The translations under genes were made by a program, and so were the position numbers. A DNA stretch of 43,001 nucleotides from Candidatus Cloacimonadota bacterium (GTDB lineage Bacteria > Hydrothermota > E44-bin80), in assembly GCA_004375965.1 (NCBI GenBank), contig SOIS01000239.1, positions 1 to 43,001 on the forward strand. Direction: 5' to 3'. Of the stretch, positions 1 through 8,667 are shown in pieces. Each line of letters opens with the position of its first letter. Positions within the stretch are counted from its first letter, which is position 1. The notes below the pieces were generated by a model. That model was not told the DNA's origin. It was given only the letters and a program-made list of their open reading frames with translations, and did not search any database.

Positions 1-1172
1 ATTTTAGTCCCGACTGGATATTTCTCTTCTATCGCCTTCCATGGGTCTGGTTCCAGCTGTTTTAATCCAAGTGAAATGCGTTCCCTCTCTTTATTTACAT
101 CAAGGACTATTGCCTCTACCACATCACCGATTGCGAGTAGTTGGGAAGGGTGTTTTATGTGTTTTGTCCAGGACATTTCGGATATGTGGATGAGACCTTC
201 AACACCTTTTTCAAGCTCAACAAATGCACCATACTCAGCAATTGAGACTATCTTACCACGCACCTTCTTACCAACTGGATATTTTTCTTCAACATCTTCC
301 CATGGGTAAGGATAGAGTTGTTTCATCCCGAGAGAAACCCTCTGTTTGACCGGATCATATGCAATTACCTTCACCTTAATTTTATCACCAATCGCAACCA
401 ATTCTGATGGATGTGAAATCCTACCCCAGGACATATCGGTAATATGAAGAAGCCCATCAATACCGCCTAAATCAACAAAGACTCCAAAATCGGTAATGTT
501 CTTGACGATACCCTCCTTTTCCTGTCCTTCTTCAAGTTCTGCCAGTAGTTTTTGTTTTGCTTTCTCTTTTTCTTCTTCCAGTATTATTCTCCTTGAGACA
601 ACAATGTTCCTTCTTTTTCTGTTTAACTTAATAACCTTTACTTTTATCTCTTGCCCAACGAGTCCATCTAAGTTATTTACAGGATGAAAATCAATTTGTG
701 AACCAGGTAAGAATGCTTCAGCCCCACCCACATTAACAATCATTCCACCTTTCACCCTGCGAAGAATCTCGCCTGCAACAGGTTCCTGGCTTACCTGTTT
801 CTCGTAAATAAAATCCCACACCTTCATAAAATCTGCCTTCTGTTTTGAGATAATGGCAAATCCCTCATCGTCTTCAATGTCTTCGAGGTAAACTTCCACA
901 GTGTCACCGACCTTTACATTTTCAGGATTAGGAAAGTCACTTAGGGGTATACATCCCTCTGATTTAAGTCCGAGGTCTATAATTACATCTTTCTTTGTAA
1001 GTTTTATTATTTCTCCCTTGACTATTCCTCTGTTTTTTACATCAATGAGGTGCTTACTGTAAAGCTTCTCCATTTCAGTCTCTGACAATTGTGGTATGTT
1101 AAAGAGAGAGCTCTTTACTTGTTCATTTTTTTGACTCTTTTCACTCTGGTTTGTAGTTTTTTTATCAGTCAT
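1..1172 (-). CDS. rpsA: 30S ribosomal protein S1 (3' end outside window)
   Basis: Not in the ORF track. Manual translation from ATG at 1172 gives MTDKKTT...IDLGLKSEG...AFLPGSQID...NITDFGVFVDLGGIDGLLHITDMSW...YGAFVELEKGVEGLIHISEMSW, i.e. repeated S1 domains. AAGGAGG lies upstream; overlaps the ispH end by 8 nt. Confidence 0.97.
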   Translation of the reverse strand, partial: MTDKKTTNQSEKSQKNEQVKSSLFNIPQLSETEMEKLYSKHLIDVKNRGIVKGEIIKLTKKDVIIDLGLKSEGCIPLSDFPNPENVKVGDTVEVYLEDIEDDEGFAIISKQKADFMKVWDFIYEKQVSQEPVAGEILRRVKGGMIVNVGGAEAFLPGSQIDFHPVNNLDGLVGQEIKVKVIKLNRKRRNIVVSRRIILEEEKEKAKQKLLAELEEGQEKEGIVKNITDFGVFVDLGGIDGLLHITDMSWGRISHPSELVAIGDKIKVKVIAYDPVKQRVSLGMKQLYPYPWEDVEEKYPVGKKVRGKIVSIAEYGAFVELEKGVEGLIHISEMSWTKHIKHPSQLLAIGDVVEAIVLDVNKERERISLGLKQLEPDPWKAIEEKYPVGTK

Positions 1173-2067
1173 TTACCACTTCCTCCTTATATAATAATCT
1201 CGATCCTGAAGGATCGGAAATCTTTTCCATTATAGATTCCAATTTAGAAATCACTTCTTTAATTACATAAGCTGGTGTAGATGCACCAGCAGAAATACCA
1301 ATAATGGTTTTCCCCTTTAACCATGCTGGCATAATCTCATCTGATTTTTCGATATGATATGTGGGTTTTCCTGTTTTTCCTGATAATTGGGCAAGATGCG
1401 TTGTATTAGCGCTATTTTTACCCCCAATAATGAGCATAATATCTGCCCTTTCTGCAAGTTCAAGTGTAGCCTTTTGGCGCTTCTGGGTTGCTCCACATAT
1501 GGTTTTATATATTTTTATCTCATTTCCTATCTCGAGAATTTTCATAACGAGAAACTGGAAATATTCCATTGACTGCGTGGTCTGAGTGACGATACCTATT
1601 TTTTCCCTCCCCACCAACTTCTCAATATCGGATTCATTTTCAACAATCACCGCTTTTCCATCTGTATGTCCAACAATTCCAACTACTTCAGGATGTTCAG
1701 CTTCACCAATAACAACAACCTCATAATTCTCTTTCAAAAGTGTTTTTGCAAAGTCCTGAGTCCTTCTCACAAATGGACAGGTTGCATCAATTATTTCAAA
1801 CCCTTTTTCCTTTGCAGCAGTTATAATCTGGGGATGTAAACCATGGGAACGAACAATCAGTTTTCCTGGTTGAACTTCGTCGAGCTTACTTATTGAATGG
1901 ACTCCTATAGATTCAAGATATGAAACTGCCTGTGGATTATGAATAAGTGGACCAAATGTATACACAGGCTTATTTGAACTATTACCTGCGGTTTTTTTAG
2001 CAATCGACATTGCTCTTTTAACACCAAAACAGAACCCCGCATTCTTAGCTAAAATTATCTTAAACAT
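1165..2067 (-). CDS. ispH: 4-hydroxy-3-methylbut-2-enyl diphosphate reductase
   Basis: AGFCFGVKRA, LIHNPQ, RSHG, IDATCPFV, TICGAT, GGKNSANT and AGASTP motifs; three Fe-S cysteines present. Confidence 0.97.
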   Translation of the reverse strand: MFKIILAKNAGFCFGVKRAMSIAKKTAGNSSNKPVYTFGPLIHNPQAVSYLESIGVHSISKLDEVQPGKLIVRSHGLHPQIITAAKEKGFEIIDATCPFVRRTQDFAKTLLKENYEVVVIGEAEHPEVVGIVGHTDGKAVIVENESDIEKLVGREKIGIVTQTTQSMEYFQFLVMKILEIGNEIKIYKTICGATQKRQKATLELAERADIMLIIGGKNSANTTHLAQLSGKTGKPTYHIEKSDEIMPAWLKGKTIIGISAGASTPAYVIKEVISKLESIMEKISDPSGSRLLYKEEVVND

Positions 2068-2681
2068 CTTTTTCCCAAAGACATAATTTCTTTCATTACA
2101 AGTTTACTTAATTCACGACTTCTCTCAGGAAGCGAACCTTTGATGTTAAGTTTTGAAACATCAATAATCTTACCAAACCTTACAAGCACCCTTTTTCTTC
2201 TCCGTATTAGATCGATTATACTCTCTGCGCTACCTTCAATGTATGTTGGAACAATCCCTACCCCGGTCTTAAGAGCAAGATAGCCAACACCAGGTAGAGG
2301 TTTAAGGAAGCTTTTTTCAATGCTTCTTTTACCTTCAAGGAAAATTACCAATGTCCTACCTCTCTTTAGATGAAAGGTTGAAGCCCTTATAGATTTCTTA
2401 TCAATTCCATATCTTTTTATTGGAATGGTGTTGTATTTTGAAAGGAGAAGTGAATAAAATTTATTTGATGAAAAGAGTTCTTGCTTTGCCAGAAAAAATA
2501 CTTCTCTTCTCAGTGCAGCAGATGCTCCTATAATTGGGGGATCCCAGTTGGATAAATGATTCGGAGCAATGATAACACCGCCATCTCTCGGTATATTCTT
2601 CTGTCCTTCAACCCTGAGCCCCATAGCGATTTTCATAAAAAGGAATGTTATTATAACAGAAATAAAAATATGAAATTGCAT
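2055..2681 (-). CDS. plsC: 1-acyl-sn-glycerol-3-phosphate (lysophospholipid) acyltransferase
   Basis: NHLSNWD (HX4D), FLAKQEL and IFLEGKRS motifs; usual position between cmk and ispH. Confidence 0.9.
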   Translation of the reverse strand: MQFHIFISVIITFLFMKIAMGLRVEGQKNIPRDGGVIIAPNHLSNWDPPIIGASAALRREVFFLAKQELFSSNKFYSLLLSKYNTIPIKRYGIDKKSIRASTFHLKRGRTLVIFLEGKRSIEKSFLKPLPGVGYLALKTGVGIVPTYIEGSAESIIDLIRRRKRVLVRFGKIIDVSKLNIKGSLPERSRELSKLVMKEIMSLGKRCLR

Positions 2682-3350
2682 CTACACTCCTTCAAGAGAA
2701 TGGATTAAATCAAGCACCCTCTCTACTTGTTCCTCTATTTTAAGATTTGTTGTGTCAATGATTTCAGCACATTCAGGAATTCTTAAAGGAGAAAATTCCC
2801 TTTTACTATCCATTTTGTCACGTCTTTCGAGTTCTTGTTTCACCTTCTCAAGATTTGTGTTCACTTGAGCTCTTTTTAAGTCAAGTAATCTTCTTTTTGC
2901 TCTTTCTTCAAGGGAACAATCAATATAAATTTTTATATCAGCATTTGGAAATACAACTGTTCCAATATCTCTGCCTTCACAAACAACATTATTATTCTCT
3001 GCCATCGCTCTCTGTAAACCAACAAGATATTCCCTAACACGCCGATAACTTGAAATAAGTGAAACAAATCCTGTGACTTTAGGTGATCTTATATCCTTTG
3101 TAACATCTATTTTGTTAACCAAAACCTTCAATTCTCCTTTGTTGTTTACTAAACTAATATCTGAATCGTGGACTAGTTTTGTGACGCTATTCTTATCATG
3201 GGGGTCAACATCTGAGGTGAGAACTATTAGTGTTGCTGCCCTATACATAGCGCCTGTATCTATATATAAAAAACCTAACTTTTGTGCAACAAGTCTTGCA
3301 GTTGTACTTTTTCCAGAACCAGCAGTTCCGTCAATAGAGATTATAATCAT
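2682..3350 (-). CDS. cmk: Cytidylate kinase
   Basis: IDGTAGSGKST P-loop, DTGAMYRA, EGRDIGTVVFP. Start placed at ATG 3350 (MIIISIDG) behind GGAAGAGG. Confidence 0.96.
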   Translation of the reverse strand: MIIISIDGTAGSGKSTTARLVAQKLGFLYIDTGAMYRAATLIVLTSDVDPHDKNSVTKLVHDSDISLVNNKGELKVLVNKIDVTKDIRSPKVTGFVSLISSYRRVREYLVGLQRAMAENNNVVCEGRDIGTVVFPNADIKIYIDCSLEERAKRRLLDLKRAQVNTNLEKVKQELERRDKMDSKREFSPLRIPECAEIIDTTNLKIEEQVERVLDLIHSLEGV

Positions 3351-3538
3351 AATAATACCTCTTCCAGGGGTCAAAAAGGACGAATTTTCTCTCCATTCAG
3401 CCCCTTCACTATTTTAATACTACATAATGACATAAATTTTATAAAAAAGCAAGTATTTTTTTCTTCATTTTTAATTTTTATACATTTCATGAAGAATTAT
3501 TCAGAAATCACAGAAAAAAAAGAATTATCTCAGATGGG

Positions 3539-3772
3539 ATTTCCTCAGCCGTTGTTCTGTTACTTGTTATTCCAGATATATGGAAAGTTGTTAATGCGAG
3601 GTTTGCTTTTCTCGTAGCGGGATTGTCGGAGTTAATGTTCCTCATTCTCTTCTCCTACGCATTCTTCTGGCCAGGATGGACAGGATTAATCATAACAATT
3701 GGTTCAATACTTACCCTTGCAATACTTATTTTCTCAACATCAAAAGTAAAGTGGGGAGAAGTCTTCAAATAA
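3539..3772 (+). pseudogene. C-terminal remnant of a CreD-family-like inner membrane protein
   Basis: Open frame ISSAVVLLLVIPDIWKVVNARFAFLVAGLSELMFLILFSYAFFWPGWTGLIITIGSILTLAILIFSTSKVKWGEVFK*, about three TM helices. No ATG/GTG/TTG between the in-frame stop at 3428 and this segment. Family call is from recalled C-terminal similarity. Confidence 0.6.
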
Positions 3773-3818
3773 AGTTATTAAGTTATTATGTAATTTAGTA
3801 ATTAACCAAAATAAAAAG

Positions 3819-3891
<73 letters not shown>

Positions 3892-3909
3892 CATTATAAA
3901 AACAAATAT

Positions 3910-3938
3910 ATAATAACATTTATTGTCTCATTTGTCAA
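3910..3938 (-). promoter_or_regulatory. Sigma70-type promoter of tRNA-Ala
   Basis: TTGACA-N17-TATTAT with extended -10 TG on the minus strand. Confidence 0.8.
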
Positions 3939-4084
3939 ATATTTTTTAAAATACCACAGAGAAAAATAGATATATTTCGATTTTCTATTTCACTTTCTCT
4001 TGTGCTATTATGACTTGTGCAGTTGTGAATCTGTGGTCTCTCTTTTCTCTTGACTTTGGAGAAAATGTGTGGTAAGCAAATATT

Positions 4085-5095
4085 ATGCAGAAAGATAGGG
4101 TGATTTCTATTCTGGATAATATAAAGAATAAAAAAATTCTTGTAGTTGGCGATGTAATGCTTGATGAGTACCTATGGGGAAAGGTTGAAAGAATTTCACC
4201 AGAGGCGCCTGTTCCTGTTGTGAAGGTAGAGAAACATTCTTATTCTCTTGGTGGTGCAAGTAATGTTGCATTAAATGCACATTCCCTTGGAGCAGAACCC
4301 ATTCTTGTGGGAATAATTGGCAACGATGTTACTGGAAAGATGTTAAGGTCGCTTGTGAAGAAAAAAGGGATGATTGATAAAGGTCTTTTCACAGAAATTG
4401 GAAGGTCAACTATATTGAAGAAAAGGGTAATTGCACACCATCAGCAAGTAGTAAGGGTAGATATTGAAGAAACTGTTCCTATTGGAAAGAAAATCGAGGA
4501 TAGGATAGTCACATTTTTAAGAAACATTGAAAGTGATTTTTGTGCGATAATAATTGAGGATTACAATAAAGGATTTTTAACAAAAAGCCTGATAAGAAAA
4601 ATTATTTCATTTGGGAAAAAAAGAGGTAAGCTAATAACTGTAGATCCAAAGTTTGAGAATTTTTTTGACTACGAGAAGGTAACACTTTTTAAGCCAAATT
4701 TCAGGGAACTCGAAAGGGTTAGCGGTAAATTACTTACCAGTAATGATGAAGTTGTTAAAACAGTTAGAAGACTACATAAAAAAATAAAAGCGCAAGCGAT
4801 TCTCCTCACTATGGGAGAAGAAGGGATGATGCTGGTAGAGAAAGGGAAAAAACCGTATTATGTAAAACCGTACACTCTTGATGTTTACGATGTTTCTGGT
4901 GCAGGAGATACTGTTATTACTGCTGTTACGTTAGCAATCGCTGCCGGTTTTGATTTAAGAGAAGCTACAAGGTTTGCAAGCATTGCAGCAGCACTTGAGG
5001 TAACAAAACTCGGTGCAGTACCTGTAACGCCAGATGAAATTATTAGATATTGCGAGAAAAATAATTTTTCAGGAAGGATTAAAAACATAAAATAA
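4085..5095 (+). CDS. rfaE1: D-glycero-beta-D-manno-heptose-7-phosphate kinase (stand-alone RfaE domain I / HldA)
   Basis: VGDVMLDEY, RISPEAPVPVV, GGASNVA, VYDVSGAGDTV (PfkB signature); no fused adenylyltransferase domain. Confidence 0.93.
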   Translation: MQKDRVISILDNIKNKKILVVGDVMLDEYLWGKVERISPEAPVPVVKVEKHSYSLGGASNVALNAHSLGAEPILVGIIGNDVTGKMLRSLVKKKGMIDKGLFTEIGRSTILKKRVIAHHQQVVRVDIEETVPIGKKIEDRIVTFLRNIESDFCAIIIEDYNKGFLTKSLIRKIISFGKKRGKLITVDPKFENFFDYEKVTLFKPNFRELERVSGKLLTSNDEVVKTVRRLHKKIKAQAILLTMGEEGMMLVEKGKKPYYVKPYTLDVYDVSGAGDTVITAVTLAIAAGFDLREATRFASIAAALEVTKLGAVPVTPDEIIRYCEKNNFSGRIKNIK

Positions 5096-5139
5096 TCCTA
5101 AACATCCTGTTATCCTGTAAAAAAAAACTCCATCCCTAC

Positions 5140-5766
5140 TTACTTTTCTGGCATTTCTATTCTCATTGATTCAATTACAACGGGCTCAAGCGGTTTGTTA
5201 TTTTTGTCTCGTTTTACTGTAGCAATTTTGTCTACTACATCCATTCCTTTAATTACTTCACCGAACGCAGTATATTGATTATCAAGATGGGCGCATCCTT
5301 TCCTTGTAAGGCAGATAAAGAATTGACAGCTTGCTGAATTGGGATTGGGACCTCGTGCCATTCCAAGTGTTCCTCTATTGAATTGATGTTGGTTAAATTC
5401 AGCATCAATAGTATATCCAGCATTTCCAGTCCCATCTCCACTAGGGTCTCCGCCCTGGATCATAAATTTAGGAATAATCCTGTGGAATGTCAGCCTATCA
5501 TAGAAACCTTTTCTTGCAAGTTTGATGAAATTTTCAACAGTTTTTGGTGCATCTGTGTAATAGAATTTGATAACAATCTCACCACTGTCTTTAATCTTTA
5601 TGACGGCAAGCTCATCTCCTGTAATTGTTATTGGCTTAGGTACTTCTATTTCCATTGTATCCTCTACTTCCTTTTTCTCTTCTGTCTTTACCTGCTTTTC
5701 CTTCTCTTCACATCCTAAAGCGAGAAGAGAAATAATGAATGAAAGTATAGTGAGTCTTAAAAGCAT
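5140..5766 (-). CDS. Cyclophilin-type peptidyl-prolyl isomerase, predicted lipoprotein
   Basis: APKTVENF, FHRIIPKFMIQGGDP, QFFI, HLDNQYTAFGEV; N-terminal lipobox LALGC. Confidence 0.93.
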   Translation of the reverse strand: MLLRLTILSFIISLLALGCEEKEKQVKTEEKKEVEDTMEIEVPKPITITGDELAVIKIKDSGEIVIKFYYTDAPKTVENFIKLARKGFYDRLTFHRIIPKFMIQGGDPSGDGTGNAGYTIDAEFNQHQFNRGTLGMARGPNPNSASCQFFICLTRKGCAHLDNQYTAFGEVIKGMDVVDKIATVKRDKNNKPLEPVVIESMRIEMPEK

Positions 5767-5819
5767 AAAACCTCCTTGATTAAGTTCTAGTAAAGATAGT
5801 TATTAAGATATTGATTTTC

Positions 5820-7070
5820 CTATTTCCCATTTTCCTGATTTCGAACTTTTTGACTTTTTTTGCTGTTTTGTGGGACAATCTTTAAAAACCTCCTTTTTCC
5901 AACCTTCAAAATAAAAGGTTTATCAAAGGTAATCTCAGCATTAACATCAGAAATGTTTTCACCTTTGATCTCAACTCCTCCCTGTTCTATCAATCTTCTT
6001 GCTTCAGAATTCGTATGTGCCATATTTGATTCTGTAAGAAGTTTAACAATCCATATGGGAATTTCCTCTGTTTCAATAGGGAATTCAGGTATTTCATCAG
6101 GGAGTTCTTTCATCTTGAAGATTTTTTCAAATTCTAAAGCAGCCTTCTCTGCTTCTTTTGCATTATGATAAAGAGATACTATCTCACGAGCAAGCCTGAA
6201 TTTTACATCCCGGGGATTTGTTTTTTTATCCTCCAATTCTTTCTTTAAAGAATTCATTTGTTCTTTTGTATAAGAAAGAGCAAGTTCAAAATAACTCTCT
6301 ATCAGTTCATCAGGAATTGACATAGCCTTGCCGAGCATTTCACGCGGAGATTCCATAATACCGATATAGTTACCATAACTCTTGCTCATTTTCATTTTTC
6401 CATCAAGCCCGACGAGTAATGGCATGGTGAGTATAACCTGCGGAGTCATATCCATTTCTCTCATCATTTCTCGTGCAATCATGAAATTGAATGTCTGATC
6501 TGTTCCCCCTATTTCCACATCAGCTTTTACTGCTACTGAATCATATGCCTGAAAAATGGGGTAGAGAAATTCATGTATATATATAGGTTGCTGTGATTTA
6601 TATCTTTTTGAAAAATCATCCCGCTCAAGCATTCTTGCAACAGTAATTTTAGATGCAAGTCTTATAATATCTGATGGAGGAAGTATGGCGAGCCATTCGC
6701 TGTTATACCTGAATTCTGTTCTATCCTTCCGCAATATCATGTAGATTTGAACTGCGTAGTTCTTCATATTCTTCTTTATTTCTTTTTCTGTAAGTTGTGG
6801 TCTGGTTTTAGACCTTTCTGATGGGTCACCTATCATTCCGGTGAAGTCTCCTACGATGAGAACTGCGGTATGTCCACATTCCTGAAAATCCCTAAGTTTC
6901 CTCAAAACAACTGCAAAACCGAGATGAATATCGGGTCCTGATGCATCAATCCCAAGTTTTATTCTTAAAGGTCTTTTTTCTTTAAGTTTATTGATAAGTT
7001 CAGCCTCGGGAATTATTTCGGCAGTTCCTCTCTTTATAATCTCGAGCGACTTCTCTATATTTCTTTGCAT
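5820..7070 (-). CDS. tyrS: Tyrosine--tRNA ligase
   Basis: GDFTGMIGDPS, YPIFQAYDS, GGTDQ, KMSKS and C-terminal S4 domain (SEARRLIEQGGV...VGKRRF). Confidence 0.97.
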   Translation of the reverse strand: MQRNIEKSLEIIKRGTAEIIPEAELINKLKEKRPLRIKLGIDASGPDIHLGFAVVLRKLRDFQECGHTAVLIVGDFTGMIGDPSERSKTRPQLTEKEIKKNMKNYAVQIYMILRKDRTEFRYNSEWLAILPPSDIIRLASKITVARMLERDDFSKRYKSQQPIYIHEFLYPIFQAYDSVAVKADVEIGGTDQTFNFMIAREMMREMDMTPQVILTMPLLVGLDGKMKMSKSYGNYIGIMESPREMLGKAMSIPDELIESYFELALSYTKEQMNSLKKELEDKKTNPRDVKFRLAREIVSLYHNAKEAEKAALEFEKIFKMKELPDEIPEFPIETEEIPIWIVKLLTESNMAHTNSEARRLIEQGGVEIKGENISDVNAEITFDKPFILKVGKRRFLKIVPQNSKKSQKVRNQENGK

Positions 7071-7125
7071 AAATGATAATTACGAAGTTTTTCCCTCCTC
7101 CTTACTGTATACTATGTACTCCTTA

Positions 7126-8040
7126 CTATTTTCTCCCTGTTGGTATATTCAATAAAGGTGTCAGCTTCTGGTCAAATGGAGTAACAATAATAGTGTTATT
7201 GGGCGAGTTTACCAGTTCCTTCAATGTCTGGACATAATACCACTGAAGATATTGGCTTGTAAGTGAGTTGGCAATGATTCTCTGTGCCTTTGATATACCC
7301 TCCGCTTCAATCCTTTTCCTTTCCCTTTCCTGTGTCTCTTTCTGAAGGACAAATTTCATCTTCTGTGCATCTTGTTCAGCTGAAATCTTCTCATCAATTG
7401 CATTCTTCACCATTGGAGGGAGTTCAACATTCCTCAGTAGGACCTTTTCGCATTCTACACCTTTGACGGAGAAATCTGACACTAAAATTATGAAAATATC
7501 GTCAGTTACTTCTGCTCTCTTTGCAGAATAGATATCTGTCGCATTATATTTAACTACTGCACTCCTTATAGCAGTTCGTATTGCAGGTCTTACAATCTTA
7601 CCTACATAGTTCAGTCCAATATTTTTGTAAACCTCTGCAGCATCATCCGGAATGAGATGGTACCAGATCGTGACATCAAGATTAACACTCAATCCTTCTG
7701 CTGTAAGTGTAACAATTGCATCATCTCCCTTAATCTGCCCTTCTCCTGCTTTAGCAGTCATTGTATATGACTGTGTCCTGACAGACATTCGTTCAAGGGT
7801 TATCAGTGGATTGACAAGGTGTAATCCACTCGGAAGTGTCTTCTCTTGAACCTTTCCAAATAGTACCTGAATTCCTACATGTCCAGGGCCAACCATCCTC
7901 ACCATAGAGAGCAAAAGGAATACAACGGCAAGAACAAAAGCGGCAGGTGAAAGTAAGGGATTCAGGTTTCTAACAGTTTTTCTCGCTGCGATGAGTATAA
8001 AACCAGCAATAAGGAATATAATAAATAAGAATAACAGCAT
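7126..8040 (-). CDS. SPFH/prohibitin (band 7) family membrane protein
   Basis: Two N-terminal TM segments, GLHLVNP, LLRNVELP, AIDEKISAEQ...EAEG coiled-coil tail. Confidence 0.9.
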   Translation of the reverse strand: MLLFLFIIFLIAGFILIAARKTVRNLNPLLSPAAFVLAVVFLLLSMVRMVGPGHVGIQVLFGKVQEKTLPSGLHLVNPLITLERMSVRTQSYTMTAKAGEGQIKGDDAIVTLTAEGLSVNLDVTIWYHLIPDDAAEVYKNIGLNYVGKIVRPAIRTAIRSAVVKYNATDIYSAKRAEVTDDIFIILVSDFSVKGVECEKVLLRNVELPPMVKNAIDEKISAEQDAQKMKFVLQKETQERERKRIEAEGISKAQRIIANSLTSQYLQWYYVQTLKELVNSPNNTIIVTPFDQKLTPLLNIPTGRK

Positions 8041-8232
8041 AGCACCCTCCTTTTAAGTTAAAGTTAAAAAAACATTATAAGCAAAATCTGAAATCGGAAT
8101 GTCGAAAAAAGTCCAGATGACAAAACACCAATTTTCATAATGATTGTTGTTTTTTGATATTGATGTTTATAACTTCGTCATTTCTTCGTCATTCGGGTTT
8201 CGGATTTAGACGTTTTTATTTGCTATTGATTG

Positions 8233-8306
8233 TGGCGGCGAAGGGATTTGAACCCCTGACACGCGGATTATGATTCCGCTGCTCTAACCTACTGAGCTAC
8301 GCCGCC
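8233..8306 (-). tRNA. tRNA-Met(CAT), elongator type
   Basis: Reverse complement GGCGGCGTAGCTCAGTAGGTTAGAGCAGCGGAAT-CAT-AATCCGCGTGTCAGGGGTTCAAATCCCTTCGCCGCCA; G1:C72 paired, so not an initiator. Confidence 0.93.
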
Positions 8307-8322
8307 CTTCATAATTTGTTAA

Positions 8323-8351
8323 ATTATATCACAGTAAATTTCAATTGTCAA
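8323..8351 (-). promoter_or_regulatory. Sigma70 promoter of tRNA-Met
   Basis: Perfect TTGACA-N17-TATAAT plus extended -10 TG. Confidence 0.88.
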
Positions 8352-8628
8352 GATATTTAATGAGAAGTCACTGAAAAAGTACTCAAAAATTTCTATTTTT
8401 TTCAGAAACATCCCTCTTAATAGTTAGTGGGATTTTTATATTATTACGAAAAATAAATTGCTTTTATCTCCTTCCCTTTTAGTCTGTCATTGTGAGCCTG
8501 GCTCCAAGCTAGAAATTTAAGGATTTAAAACATCATTTAGTAGTGTGAGAAGAGGGTGGAGTTCACAAACAAAGCAATCTGGGTACTGATACATTTTCAT
8601 TTTGACTTGACATGATACCATTTTTTAT

Positions 8629-8657
8629 TTGACTTTTTGGTAAATTTGAATTACTAT
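8629..8657 (+). promoter_or_regulatory. Sigma70-type promoter of the 8668 lipoprotein gene
   Basis: TTGACT-N17-TACTAT ending 10 nt before the ATG. Confidence 0.65.
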
Positions 8658-8667
8658 AACTTACATA

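Noticed and set aside
2322-2342. PlsC FLEGKRS instead of FPEGTRS as inactivation
   Set aside because: HX4D and the E-G-x-R residues are retained; too minor to call.
3282-3617. 111-aa plus-strand ORF and the many other short antisense or off-frame ORFs in the track
   Set aside because: They overlap well-supported genes or AT-rich spacers and show no motifs; treated as shadow ORFs.
7071-7125. T-box leader for tyrS
   Set aside because: Only 55 nt separate tyrS from the upstream gene and no T-box sequence is visible.
8233-8306. tRNA-Ile2 or initiator identity for the CAT tRNA
   Set aside because: Paired 1:72 and no triple G:C anticodon stem exclude fMet; the sequence resembles elongator Met, though Ile2 needs tRNAscan-SE to exclude formally.
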